NCBI GenBank assembly: GCA_963782945.1
Contig: CAWALO010000026.1
Location: 36,742-100,741, forward strand
DNA: 64,000 nt
Direction: 5' to 3'
Origin: an uncultured Bacteroidales bacterium
Lineage (GTDB): Bacteria; Bacteroidota; Bacteroidia; Bacteroidales; VadinHA17
Below the pieces are notes generated by a model. That model searched no databases. It saw only the letters and a program-made list of their open reading frames with translations, and had not been told where the DNA came from. This document shows, piece after piece, positions 8,474 through 17,149 of this stretch. Both the position numbers and the translations under genes were made by a program. Positions within the stretch are counted from its first letter, which is position 1, and the number at the start of each line of letters is the position of its first letter.

Positions 8474-8540
8474 TTCCCTTTCTCCCCATCTCCCTTTCTC
8501 CCCAATCTCCCATTCACCCTTTCTCCCCCTCTCCCATTCA
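8474..8540. repeat. TCTCCC-type micro-repeat block (inverted partner of 7961-8020)
   Basis: The block reads ttccctttctccccatctccctttctccccaatctcccattcaccctttctccccctctcccattc. Confidence 0.7.
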
Positions 8541-8627
8541 TAATTTTCAATCCACCAATTTTTCTCCGGACATAATTATGAACTAATATCGTTTATATCA
8601 CTAATTTTTTAATTAACAAAATTTCCA

Positions 8628-8635
8628 TACCTTTG
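8628..8635 (+). promoter_or_regulatory. candidate -7 box TACCTTTG
   Basis: TAnnTTTG match 32 nt upstream of the ATG at 8668. Confidence 0.4.
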
Positions 8636-8667
8636 CCCCATAATCAAAACGATCAATATCTTATACC

Positions 8668-9045
8668 ATGGCTGAAAAGACAAGATACTCGGATGATGAG
8701 CTTGATGAGTTCAGACAAATTATCCTCATGAAGCTGGATAAAGCCAAGAAAGATTATGAAATACTGAAGTCCAGCATAACTCATGAAGAGAGCAATGATA
8801 CTATGGATACCTCACCCACTTTTAAAGTCCTGGAAGAGGGAGCCACTACATTATCCAAAGAGGAGGCCGGACGTCTTGCCCAACGTCAGCAGAAATTCAT
8901 TCAACACCTTCAGGCTGCACTTGTAAGAATAGAGAACAAAACTTACGGCATATGCAGGGAAACAGGACAGCTCATTTCCAAGGAAAGACTCAGGGCTGTG
9001 CCTCATGCCACACTGTGCATGGATGCGAAGATGAAGCAGAAGTGA
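8668..9045 (+). CDS. DksA/TraR-family zinc-finger-like regulator
   Basis: 125 aa with a coiled-coil N-terminal part. The C-terminal YGICRETGQLISKERLRAVPHATLCMDAK is the DksA/TraR C4-type region, with reduced Cys content as in many Bacteroidota homologues. Confidence 0.75.
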   Translation: MAEKTRYSDDELDEFRQIILMKLDKAKKDYEILKSSITHEESNDTMDTSPTFKVLEEGATTLSKEEAGRLAQRQQKFIQHLQAALVRIENKTYGICRETGQLISKERLRAVPHATLCMDAKMKQK

Positions 9046-9050
9046 GGAAT

Positions 9051-9110
9051 GGCTCAGGGCGCAGGGCTCAGAGCGCAGGGCTGAGGGCGCAGAGCTCAGT
9101 GCTCAGGGCA
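9051..9110. repeat. 7-nt-period tandem repeat (CTCAGGG/CGCAGGG units, about 8 units)
   Basis: The block reads ggctcagggcgcagggctcagagcgcagggctgagggcgcagagctcagtgctcagggc. Confidence 0.8.
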
Positions 9111-9143
9111 AAGGAAAAATGGTTAAAGAAAAATTATAAATGA

Positions 9144-9172
9144 AGCTGCTTAATAAGACAGGCGGCTTTTTT
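9144..9172 (+). terminator. weak intrinsic terminator candidate
   Basis: agctgc pairs with gcggct (one G-U) around a 12-nt loop, followed by T6. Confidence 0.35.
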
Positions 9173-9190
9173 GTTGTTACTGGTTGTGAC

Positions 9191-9268
9191 AGGGAGAGGG
9201 GGAGAATGGGAGATGGGGAGAGGGAGAGAAACTCCGTGAAACTCCGTGAAACTCCGTGTAACTCCGTG
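9191..9268. repeat. GGGAGA-type block followed by four copies of aactccgtgN (10-nt period)
   Basis: The block reads agggagagggggagaatgggagatggggagagggagagaaactccgtgaaactccgtgaaactccgtgtaactccgtgg. Confidence 0.8.
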
Positions 9269-9341
9269 GTTAATAAACAGTTAAATAATGTTTTAATATA
9301 CCGCTGGATTACTTGAATTAACCAATGTCCTTCTTACTTTG

Positions 9342-9349
9342 TATATTTG
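9342..9349 (+). promoter_or_regulatory. candidate -7 box TATATTTG
   Basis: TAnnTTTG match 36 nt upstream of the ATG at 9385. Confidence 0.4.
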
Positions 9350-9384
9350 CAAGAGATTTCAATAATTTCAATGCAAAACAAGCT

Positions 9385-9810
9385 ATGAATCCGCGGTTAA
9401 TCATATTTACCGGTTTACTGATACTATTTAATATAGCTGCCGGACAGGTTCCTGATTCGTTGAAGTATATTTCGGTTGGTCCTGCCGGGTTTCAGAAAGC
9501 ATATCAGAGTGATTCCAATGCAGTACTGATTGATGTCAGGGAGTTTTTTGAATATAAGAAATCAAGAATTGATAATGCATTCAATATACCATCATCAGAT
9601 AATCTCGACATTCCGGCAGATACTTTAAATAAAGAATCATCACTGTTTCTTTACTGCACATCAGGCTTCAGAAGCAAGAGGGTTGCAAAACAATTCTATG
9701 AAAAAGGCTTCCTTAAACTTTATTCCCTTGATGGAGGAATTAATGCCTGGAAGAAAGATGGATTGCCGGTAAACAGGAAGAAACTAAAAAATAACCGGAA
9801 GGGGTCATGA
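9385..9810 (+). CDS. rhodanese-domain sulfurtransferase-like protein (secreted)
   Basis: VLIDVRE..EY...I.NA.NIP and the active-site loop LYCTSGFRSKRV, then GGINAW. I start at the ATG at 9385 (MNPRLIIFTGLL signal peptide) rather than the track start at 9325. Confidence 0.75.
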   Translation: MNPRLIIFTGLLILFNIAAGQVPDSLKYISVGPAGFQKAYQSDSNAVLIDVREFFEYKKSRIDNAFNIPSSDNLDIPADTLNKESSLFLYCTSGFRSKRVAKQFYEKGFLKLYSLDGGINAWKKDGLPVNRKKLKNNRKGS

Positions 9811-9816
9811 AGCTTC

Positions 9817-10323
9817 CTATTCCTTCCAGTTCGTATACTGGAAGAAATAGTACGGATCATCAAACCAGATATCAACACCGGTAAATTCACCATCTTTTGA
9901 ATATTTCAATGAATAAGCAGTTGCCTTATTTATATGGCTGACGTTGATATGGTCAATATGGTCATCCAATTCCTCAGTACTTTTATGCGGGAAAGTCTGA
10001 ACTAATCTTTCAGAAAGATCAGCATAATCCTTGTGAATACGTACAATAATATAATTTTCCTGAGCCGGGCTGTATATTACATCTAAAAAGATCATATTTT
10101 TATATTCCCAGTAATCATATTCTCCGGATTTGGATTTACGGATTTTCCAGTTCTTAACCAGCGCAAAGCCATTGTTTGTTAAGACAGTATTTAAATAATC
10201 CTTGTCATTTAATCCTTTAAGCAACTGCGAACTTGTAAGGGCTACAAATTCAGTCTGACCATAGGTAGTTCCGGCACATAACAGCGAAACTGCAAATACG
10301 ATTATTATTACTTTTATTTTCAT
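9817..10323 (-). CDS. hypothetical secreted protein
   Basis: 168-aa ORF with the signal peptide MKIKVIIIVFAVSLLCAGTTYGQ. I recognised no motif. Confidence 0.5.
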   Translation of the reverse strand: MKIKVIIIVFAVSLLCAGTTYGQTEFVALTSSQLLKGLNDKDYLNTVLTNNGFALVKNWKIRKSKSGEYDYWEYKNMIFLDVIYSPAQENYIIVRIHKDYADLSERLVQTFPHKSTEELDDHIDHINVSHINKATAYSLKYSKDGEFTGVDIWFDDPYYFFQYTNWKE

Positions 10324-10358
10324 GAGCAGAGCTTAAAATATGTTATGAATAAAATATT

Positions 10359-10973
10359 TTACCCCAAGTTAAGAAAATTACTCATTTGTTGTTTCACAAT
10401 ACGGGCAATATACTTCCCTAATATATCAAATTCCAGATTTACGACGGTTCCTTTTTTTATCTGATGAAAATTTGTAACCTCCCAGGTAAAAGGAATTATG
10501 GCCACTTCAAATGATTCTGGCTTTGAATTGACAACAGTCAGGCTTACGCCATTCACCGATACAGATCCCTTTTCAACAGTGATGTAGTCATCCCGGGCAG
10601 GTTCGTACTCAAAGGTATAATACCAGCTTCCGCCGGCTTCAATAACACTTGTACAAACAGCAGTCTGGTCAATGTGACCCTGTACCATATGTCCGTCAAG
10701 ACGTCCGTCGAGCCTGGTGCTCCTTTCGAGATTGACCTTGTCTCCCGGCTTCAGCAATCCGAGGTTTGACTTGTCAAGGGTCTCTTTTATCGCAGTAACA
10801 GTGTAGGTCTCATTATCCTTTCTTACTACAGTAAGACAAACACCATTATGTGAAATGCTCTGATCAATCTTCAATTCGCTTACAAATGAGCATTTCATTG
10901 TTATGTGAAGATTATCCTTCTCTTTTTCAAGCTTTACAACCTGTGCGGCTTCTTCGACTATCCCGGAGAACAT
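10359..10973 (-). CDS. ribE: riboflavin synthase alpha chain
   Basis: MFSGIVEE start and two lumazine-binding repeats (HNGVCLTVV, VNGVSLTVV). Confidence 0.9.
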   Translation of the reverse strand: MFSGIVEEAAQVVKLEKEKDNLHITMKCSFVSELKIDQSISHNGVCLTVVRKDNETYTVTAIKETLDKSNLGLLKPGDKVNLERSTRLDGRLDGHMVQGHIDQTAVCTSVIEAGGSWYYTFEYEPARDDYITVEKGSVSVNGVSLTVVNSKPESFEVAIIPFTWEVTNFHQIKKGTVVNLEFDILGKYIARIVKQQMSNFLNLG

Positions 10974-11082
10974 AACTTTAATATTTTGAGTTTGAAAACA
11001 AATGTAACTATTTTCCCGGAATATAAGCTCCCCTGAGGGTCACAGACGTCAATCTCACATTTTAGACAGAGGTTAATTGCTG

Positions 11083-11505
11083 TTTATAGTAATCAAAACT
11101 GGTTCATCCCTCTGTTTAAAACTGAGATCCATGAGATCCCTCATTTCGCCATCCTTCGCAAGCTCAGGCTGGCTGCATTCGGGATGACAGGTCCATTTTA
11201 AAATCATGGAGGGAAGCGGCGGCGATTCGAAGTATTATTTACATGGCAATAATGTCCAATCGAATCGCCGCCGCTTCCCTCCATCACCACAAAAACGACC
11301 TGTCATCCCGAAGCGCAGCGAGGGATCTTATTCTCTCATAGACAATCAATTATAAAAAGTTATTCGATATTCAATGAATATTAAAATAAGATGTGTATAA
11401 AGGGTAGTCCTTCAAAAGGAGGGGAAACTTTTTCTACCCTCCGTTTTTACAATTCTACTCTTAAGTTAACGCCTATGCCCTTGGGGGGTTTGGGGGTCAT
11501 AACGA
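11083..11505. repeat. nested-palindrome element E2 (right two-thirds of the family consensus)
   Basis: 11131-11435 is identical to 17384-17688. The core stem atggagggaagcggcggcgattcga / tcgaatcgccgccgcttccctccat is 25 bp and perfect. Confidence 0.9.
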
Positions 11506-11581
11506 ACTTTTTCAACTGATCCGGGACTATCTATGTAATGAAAATATTCATTTCTTATTGTTGCCTTTCCCCGTAAGGGAG

Positions 11582-12001
11582 TCAGCAGCCCAGATCAGCT
11601 TTTTCCCGAAATCCCATCCTGTTATCCGTCATCTTAATATAAGTCAGCTTCACAATCCATAACCTTGTATCCATAAGGGCGGCAATGGGAAATCGTCTCA
11701 GGTAGGCGGTTCTTGAATCTGAAAGAAGATCACCTTCAGGTTCTGAAATTATCCCCTGAAATTGAATCCCACGAATTTTTCCGATAATCATGGTCTCGAG
11801 GACAACTGATCCTGCAACCAGTTGATTCTTCAAAAACTCCTGTCCATGGCGGGTATCCAGGCCTGAGGTGAAAACCAGGGCATTCTCTTTTTCAAGGTAG
11901 ACATAGAAACAATTGGCACACCATGGTTCATTTTCCACTGAAGTGGCAATTGTAAGAACATGGTGCTTCCTGAAAAATCTTATGATTCTGCTGTCAGTCA
12001 T
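11582..12001 (-). CDS. pyridoxamine 5'-phosphate oxidase-like (YhbP/UPF0306-like) FMN-binding protein
   Basis: HVLTIATSVENEPWCANCFYV...LVFTS is the typical split-barrel PNPOx-like N-terminus. The ATG at 12001 overlaps the ubiX stop (aATGACTGA). Confidence 0.6.
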   Translation of the reverse strand: MTDSRIIRFFRKHHVLTIATSVENEPWCANCFYVYLEKENALVFTSGLDTRHGQEFLKNQLVAGSVVLETMIIGKIRGIQFQGIISEPEGDLLSDSRTAYLRRFPIAALMDTRLWIVKLTYIKMTDNRMGFREKADLGC

Positions 12002-12578
12002 TTTCCATCCACCTGAAACCGTTACTGTCAAATCCGGCAAGATCGATTATGCGGTCAACAACTGTCATCACCAGATCGTCTATCGTTTCAGGATTGCTGT
12101 AGAAGGAGGGCGATGCCGGGCAGACTATTGCCCCTGCCAGGGTTACCGTTCTCAGATTATTTATATGTATCAGGTTGTAAGGGGACTCTCTTGGAACAAG
12201 TATCAGTCTCCTTCTTTCTTTCAGCATAACATCTGCCGAACGGGCAATCAGGTCGTCAGATGTTCCGTTGGCTATCCGTCCGATCGTACCCATCGATGCC
12301 GGGCATACTATCATTGTGTCAAACTGTGAGGAACCGGATGCGAACGGAGCGTAAAATGATTTATTTCCGTATTCCTTCGCAGGAAATGCCGCAACATATT
12401 TTTGTCCTGTCTCTGCCTCCCAGATCTCCCTGGCCGTATCGGAGAAGATAACTGCAATCTCTTCGGGAGGAGATTTCAGCTGCTGTAACTTCTCCAGAAG
12501 CTTCAGAGCATAAACAGATCCGCTTGCACCCGTAATTGCAAGGACAATTTTTCTTCTTCGGGGTTCTGTGGCTCGCAT
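11994..12578 (-). CDS. ubiX: flavin prenyltransferase UbiX
   Basis: KIVLAITGASGSVYALKLLEKL, MIVCPASMGTIGRIANG and LILVPRESP motifs. Confidence 0.9.
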   Translation of the reverse strand: MRATEPRRRKIVLAITGASGSVYALKLLEKLQQLKSPPEEIAVIFSDTAREIWEAETGQKYVAAFPAKEYGNKSFYAPFASGSSQFDTMIVCPASMGTIGRIANGTSDDLIARSADVMLKERRRLILVPRESPYNLIHINNLRTVTLAGAIVCPASPSFYSNPETIDDLVMTVVDRIIDLAGFDSNGFRWMEND

Positions 12579-12628
12579 TGTATTTTAATGTTCTGCTAAG
12601 ATAGATAAATATTACTTCATGGAATGTT

Positions 12629-12714
12629 AAGCGAAGTCTTCAGACTTCGCTTCATATAAAATCGTAATGTCCGGATTATGTTTGATTTTAAGGCGAAGTC
12701 TGGAGACTTCGCCT
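12629..12714. repeat. two related hairpins gcgaagtcNNNNgacttcgc
   Basis: aagcgaagtcttcagacttcgctt (12629-12652) and aggcgaagtctggagacttcgcct (12691-12714), downstream of the sirtuin gene. Confidence 0.8.
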
Positions 12715-12735
12715 AACTATGCGAGACACAGAGAT

Positions 12736-13423
12736 TTACATATTCAGCAGCCTTTCCGTCAGCACCTCAACGCCCCTCGCAGCCTTTTCCTTTATCACCT
12801 CCACCTTCCTGTAAACAGGCACATCTACATCATTCGGATCAATAAGCCAGAGACCGGCTCTCTCAGGGGCATAGCCGACCAAGCCGGCTGCAGGGTAAAC
12901 ATTAAGTGAACTCCCGATCACAACAAAAATATCGGCCTCAGCTGCAAGTATTGCAGCCTTTTCCATCATCGGCACCTCTTCCCCGAACCATACAATATGC
13001 GGACGAAGCTGACTACCCTTTGCACATTTATCTCCATCATTTATATCCCTGTAACCAATGTCATAAAGCAGTGATGGATCAACAGTACTCCTTGCCTTTG
13101 TAAGCTCGCCGTGAAGATGAAGGATCTTTTTGCTCCCTGCCCTTTCGTGCAGATCATCGATATTCTGAGTAATAATATGAACATCAAAATTCTTTTCAAG
13201 CCGTGACAAGCCCGGTATGACCGGCATTGGGAATGCACCCTTCAAGCTGCCTCCTGCGCTCATTGTAGAATCTCAGTACCAGCTCACGGTTTCTCAGCCA
13301 GGCATCATAGGTTGCAACCTCTGTTACATTATACTCTTCCCATAATCCGCCGGAATCCCTGAATGTGCGGATACCGCTTTCCGAACTCATGCCGGCGCCG
13401 GTAAGGATAACTAGTTTTCTCAT
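12736..13423 (-). CDS. cobB: NAD-dependent protein deacylase (Sir2/CobB family), interrupted by a +1 frameshift near 13208-13215
   Basis: The N-terminal part from the ATG at 13423 reads MRKLVILTGAGMSSESGIRTFRDSGGLWE...NAGHTGLVTA*. The +1 frame continues (T)GLSRLEKNFDVHIITQNIDDLHERAGS...HLHGEL. Removing one G of the ccggg run restores NAGHTGLSRLEK. Confidence 0.85.
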
Positions 13424-13487
13424 GGTTTCATTATCTGAATCAAATGTAAAGATATTGCTTTTATAAGTTACTTCAATTGCCGGATGA

Positions 13488-13588
13488 AAAGGAAGGGGAG
13501 AAGGGGAGATGGGGAGAGGGGGGGATGGGGAGAGCTGAGCGTAGAGCGTCTTTCTCCCATTCTCCCATTCTCCCCCTCTCCCTTTCTC
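13488..13588. repeat. long imperfect hairpin built from a GGGAGA block and its complement
   Basis: aaaaggaaggggagaaggggagatggggagagggggggatggggagag, then the loop ctgagcgtagagcgtc, then tttctcccattctcccattctccccctctccctttctc. It lies in the cobB/ileS divergent intergenic region. Confidence 0.8.
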
Positions 13589-13621
13589 ATTATATATGTC
13601 TAAAATATTCTCCTTTTTTGC

Positions 13622-13629
13622 TATCTTTG
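13622..13629 (+). promoter_or_regulatory. candidate -7 box TATCTTTG
   Basis: TAnnTTTG match 45 nt upstream of the ileS ATG. Confidence 0.4.
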
Positions 13630-13674
13630 TCCGAATTTTTAAAACAGTAATATTTATAATAACCATCTGATCCA

Positions 13675-16600
13675 ATGGGGAAAAGATTTCCGGAATATAA
13701 AGGTCTTGATCTCTCTCTTGTAAATAAAGAGATACTAAAAGTATGGGATGACAATGATACTTTTCATAAAAGTATCCGTGAATTAAACGGAAAAGGAGAA
13801 TTTGTATTTTATGAAGGGCCCCCCTCTGCCAATGGCATGCCAGGCATTCACCACGTGATGTCTCGTACAATAAAGGACGCAATCTGCCGGTATAAGACAC
13901 AGTGCGGATACGAGGTAAAACGCAAGGCAGGATGGGATACTCACGGCCTGCCTGTCGAGCTCGGGGTTGAAAAAGCTCTCGGCATCACAAAAGAAGATAT
14001 CGGCACAAAAATTTCCATTGAAGATTACAACAAGGCCTGCCGGACAGATGTAATGAAATATACCGACGCATGGGAGGATCTGACGCGGAAAATGGGCTAT
14101 TGGGTAAATATGGATCACCCATATGTGACTTATGATAACAGGTACATTGAAACACTCTGGTGGCTGCTGAAACAACTGTATGAGAAAGGATATCTTTACC
14201 AGGGTTATACAATACAGCCATATTCCCCTGCGGCAGGGACCGGACTGAGTTCACATGAGCTTAATCTCCCGGGCTGCTACCGCGATGTAAAAGATACAAC
14301 CTGTATCGCCCTGTTTAAAGTTATCAGGGATAAGAAGTCTGAATTCCTTTATAATAACCTCGACACCCCGGCTGTGCACATAATGGCCTGGACAACAACC
14401 CCGTGGACACTTCCTTCAAACACAGCCCTTGCTGCAGGAAAAGATATTGTATACATAAAAGTAAGAAGCTTCAATCCATATTCCGGTGAACCAATTACTG
14501 TTGTTATCGCCAAAGATCTGATAAGTTCATTATTCCCGGAATCGAATGCCGGGCTCGATTTTTCAGACTACAAACCCGGCGACAAAAAGATCCCGTTTAA
14601 GGTTCTCGGAGAATTTACAGGGAAAGAGCTGGAGGGAATCGGTTATGAACAGCTGATCGACTGGGTAAATCCGGGAGAAGGTGCTTTCAGGGTTTTAACA
14701 GGCGATTTTGTAACCACTGAGGATGGTACAGGGATTGTCCATATTGCCCCCACATTCGGGTCAGATGACTACCGGATCGCAAAAGAAAACGGAGTGCCTC
14801 CGCTTATCATGAAAAGAAAAGACGGCACCTTTGGACCAATGGTCGACAAACGAGGCTTCCTGGTACCAATTGCCGACCTTGATGAGTCATATGTAAAACA
14901 GAACGTCAATACAAAGACATACAGCATCTTTGCCGCACGTCCCGTGAAAAATGATTACGATATCAATCTCTCTCCTGATGCAGAATCACTTGATGTTGAT
15001 ATTGCCGTAATGCTTAAACAGAATGGCAAAGCTTTCAGGATTGAGAAACAGGTTCACAGCTATCCCCACTGCTGGAGAACAGACAAACCGGTTCTCTATT
15101 ACCCGCTCGACGCATGGTTTATAAAGACCACTGCCAAACGGGAAAGAATGATCGAACTTAATAATACAATAAACTGGAATCCTAAGTCGACTGGCACAGG
15201 ACGATTCGGCAAGTGGCTTGAAAACCTTGTGGACTGGAACCTCTCACGTTCGCGCTACTGGGGTACGCCCCTTCCAATATGGGTTACAGAAGACAGGAAA
15301 GAAGAAAAATGCATTGGGTCGGCATCGGAGCTTAAAGCTGAGATTGAAAAATCAATCAAAGCGGGATTTATGAAGAATAATCCCCTTGAAAAATTCAAGG
15401 AGGGAGATAATTCCCAGGAAAATTATGAAAAGTTCGATCTGCACCGGCCATTTGTAGATGATATATTCCTTGTGAGTGAATCGGGCAGGAAAATGCTCCG
15501 GGAACCCGACCTTATAGATGTATGGTTCGATTCAGGCGCGATGCCTTATGCTCAGGTTCACTATCCCTTTGAGAATAAGGATAATTTCCACGAAATGTTC
15601 CCGGCTGACTATATTGCTGAAGGGGTTGATCAGACCAGAGGCTGGTTTTTTACGCTTCATGTGATTGCTGCAATGATCTCCGATTCGGTGGCCTTTAAAA
15701 ACATTATTTCAAACGGGCTGGTCCTTGACAAGAACGGTAATAAAATGTCGAAAAGACTGGACAATGCAGTAGATCCGTTTTCCACGATCGAGGAGTATGG
15801 CTCAGACCCGCTCAGGTGGTATATGATGACAAACTCACAGCCATGGGATAATCTTAAATTTGATATTTCGGGTATTGATGAGGTAAAAAGAAAGTTCTTC
15901 GGAACCCTTTATAATACATACTCCTTCTTCTCACTGTATGCCAATGTGGACAAATTCAGGCATGAAGAAAAAGAGATCCCGGTAAATGAAAGACCGGAAA
16001 TCGACCGCTGGATCATCTCCCTGCTGAACTCCCTGGTAAAAGAGGTTGGAAATTGCTATGAAAACTATGATCTTACCAGGGCAGGCCGCGAAATACAGGA
16101 TTTCGTTACAGAGAATCTGAGCAACTGGTATGTCAGACTCAACCGTAAAAGATACTGGGGAGGTGATTATGATAAAGATAAAATTGCTGCATATCAGACA
16201 TTATATCAATGCCTTGAAACCGTAAGCCAGCTGGCCGCCCCCATTGCTCCATTCTATATGGACAGGCTGTTCAGCGATCTTAATAACACCACAGGCAGAC
16301 ACAATGAAAAGTCCGTTCATCTGGTACTCTTCCCTGAGTATGATGAATCACTGATCGACAAGGCACTCGAGGAGAGAATGGACATTGCGCAGAAAGTGTC
16401 ATCAATGATCCTTAGTCTGCGAAGGAAAGTCAGCATAAAGGTGCGTCAGCCTCTGGCGAGGATAATGGTCCCGGTTCCTGATAAATATTTCAGGGAGAAA
16501 TTTGAGGCTGTCAGGGATCTGATACTTGCCGAGGTCAATGTCAAAGAGGTTGAATATATTGACGATACCGCCTCCATTCTTGTCAAGAAGATCAAAGCCA

Positions 16601-17112
16601 ACTTCAAGACACTCGGCCCCCGCTATGGCAAACTGATGAAAGAGATAAGCAATGCAATTGGCTCTCTCCTGCCACAGGAGATCGTTGCATTTGAAAACAG
16701 CGGAAGCCATCAGATAACCATAAACGGACAACAGATCACGCTCACAGCAGAGGATGTTGAGATCATCTCCGAGGATATCCCCGGATGGCAGGTAGCCAAT
16801 GATGGCAGACTAACCGTCGCTCTCGATATCACTGTTTCCGATGAACTCAGATATGAAGGCATAGCAAGGGAGTTTGTCAACCGGATCCAGAATATCCGTA
16901 AAGAGAGCGGATATGATGTAACCGACAAGATCACCGTCTATATAGAAGATCATGAATATGTGAGAGAAGCCGTGAAAAGACATTCTGCATATATAGGATC
17001 CCAGACACTTGCAACAGCAATAAATCTTACCCCGACCTTTCCTGATGATGGCATAAGGGAGGTGGAGATTGATGAGGTGGTAGTTAAGATGATGGTAAAA
17101 AAGAATAGTTGA
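13675..17112 (+). CDS. ileS: isoleucine--tRNA ligase (long, type-2-like form)
   Basis: 1145 aa with PSANGMPGIHHV (HIGH region), NKMSKRL (KMSKS) and a CP1 editing domain. Confidence 0.95.
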   Translation: MGKRFPEYKGLDLSLVNKEILKVWDDNDTFHKSIRELNGKGEFVFYEGPPSANGMPGIHHVMSRTIKDAICRYKTQCGYEVKRKAGWDTHGLPVELGVEKALGITKEDIGTKISIEDYNKACRTDVMKYTDAWEDLTRKMGYWVNMDHPYVTYDNRYIETLWWLLKQLYEKGYLYQGYTIQPYSPAAGTGLSSHELNLPGCYRDVKDTTCIALFKVIRDKKSEFLYNNLDTPAVHIMAWTTTPWTLPSNTALAAGKDIVYIKVRSFNPYSGEPITVVIAKDLISSLFPESNAGLDFSDYKPGDKKIPFKVLGEFTGKELEGIGYEQLIDWVNPGEGAFRVLTGDFVTTEDGTGIVHIAPTFGSDDYRIAKENGVPPLIMKRKDGTFGPMVDKRGFLVPIADLDESYVKQNVNTKTYSIFAARPVKNDYDINLSPDAESLDVDIAVMLKQNGKAFRIEKQVHSYPHCWRTDKPVLYYPLDAWFIKTTAKRERMIELNNTINWNPKSTGTGRFGKWLENLVDWNLSRSRYWGTPLPIWVTEDRKEEKCIGSASELKAEIEKSIKAGFMKNNPLEKFKEGDNSQENYEKFDLHRPFVDDIFLVSESGRKMLREPDLIDVWFDSGAMPYAQVHYPFENKDNFHEMFPADYIAEGVDQTRGWFFTLHVIAAMISDSVAFKNIISNGLVLDKNGNKMSKRLDNAVDPFSTIEEYGSDPLRWYMMTNSQPWDNLKFDISGIDEVKRKFFGTLYNTYSFFSLYANVDKFRHEEKEIPVNERPEIDRWIISLLNSLVKEVGNCYENYDLTRAGREIQDFVTENLSNWYVRLNRKRYWGGDYDKDKIAAYQTLYQCLETVSQLAAPIAPFYMDRLFSDLNNTTGRHNEKSVHLVLFPEYDESLIDKALEERMDIAQKVSSMILSLRRKVSIKVRQPLARIMVPVPDKYFREKFEAVRDLILAEVNVKEVEYIDDTASILVKKIKANFKTLGPRYGKLMKEISNAIGSLLPQEIVAFENSGSHQITINGQQITLTAEDVEIISEDIPGWQVANDGRLTVALDITVSDELRYEGIAREFVNRIQNIRKESGYDVTDKITVYIEDHEYVREAVKRHSAYIGSQTLATAINLTPTFPDDGIREVEIDEVVVKMMVKKNS

Positions 17113-17149
17113 CAATTATCCTTTTTGACTCCCTGCCCCAAATTTTTGC

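Noticed and set aside
7961-9268. The regularly spaced short repeats (GGGAGA blocks, heptads, ctccgtg decamers) could be a CRISPR array.
   Set aside because: The repeat period is 7-14 nt with no unique spacers, and the units are degenerate. No cas genes occur anywhere in the window.
10974-11082. An FMN riboswitch upstream of ribE.
   Set aside because: The roughly 110-nt leader lacks the conserved FMN-element strings and is too short. The adjacent structured DNA is the nested-palindrome repeat shared with unrelated loci.
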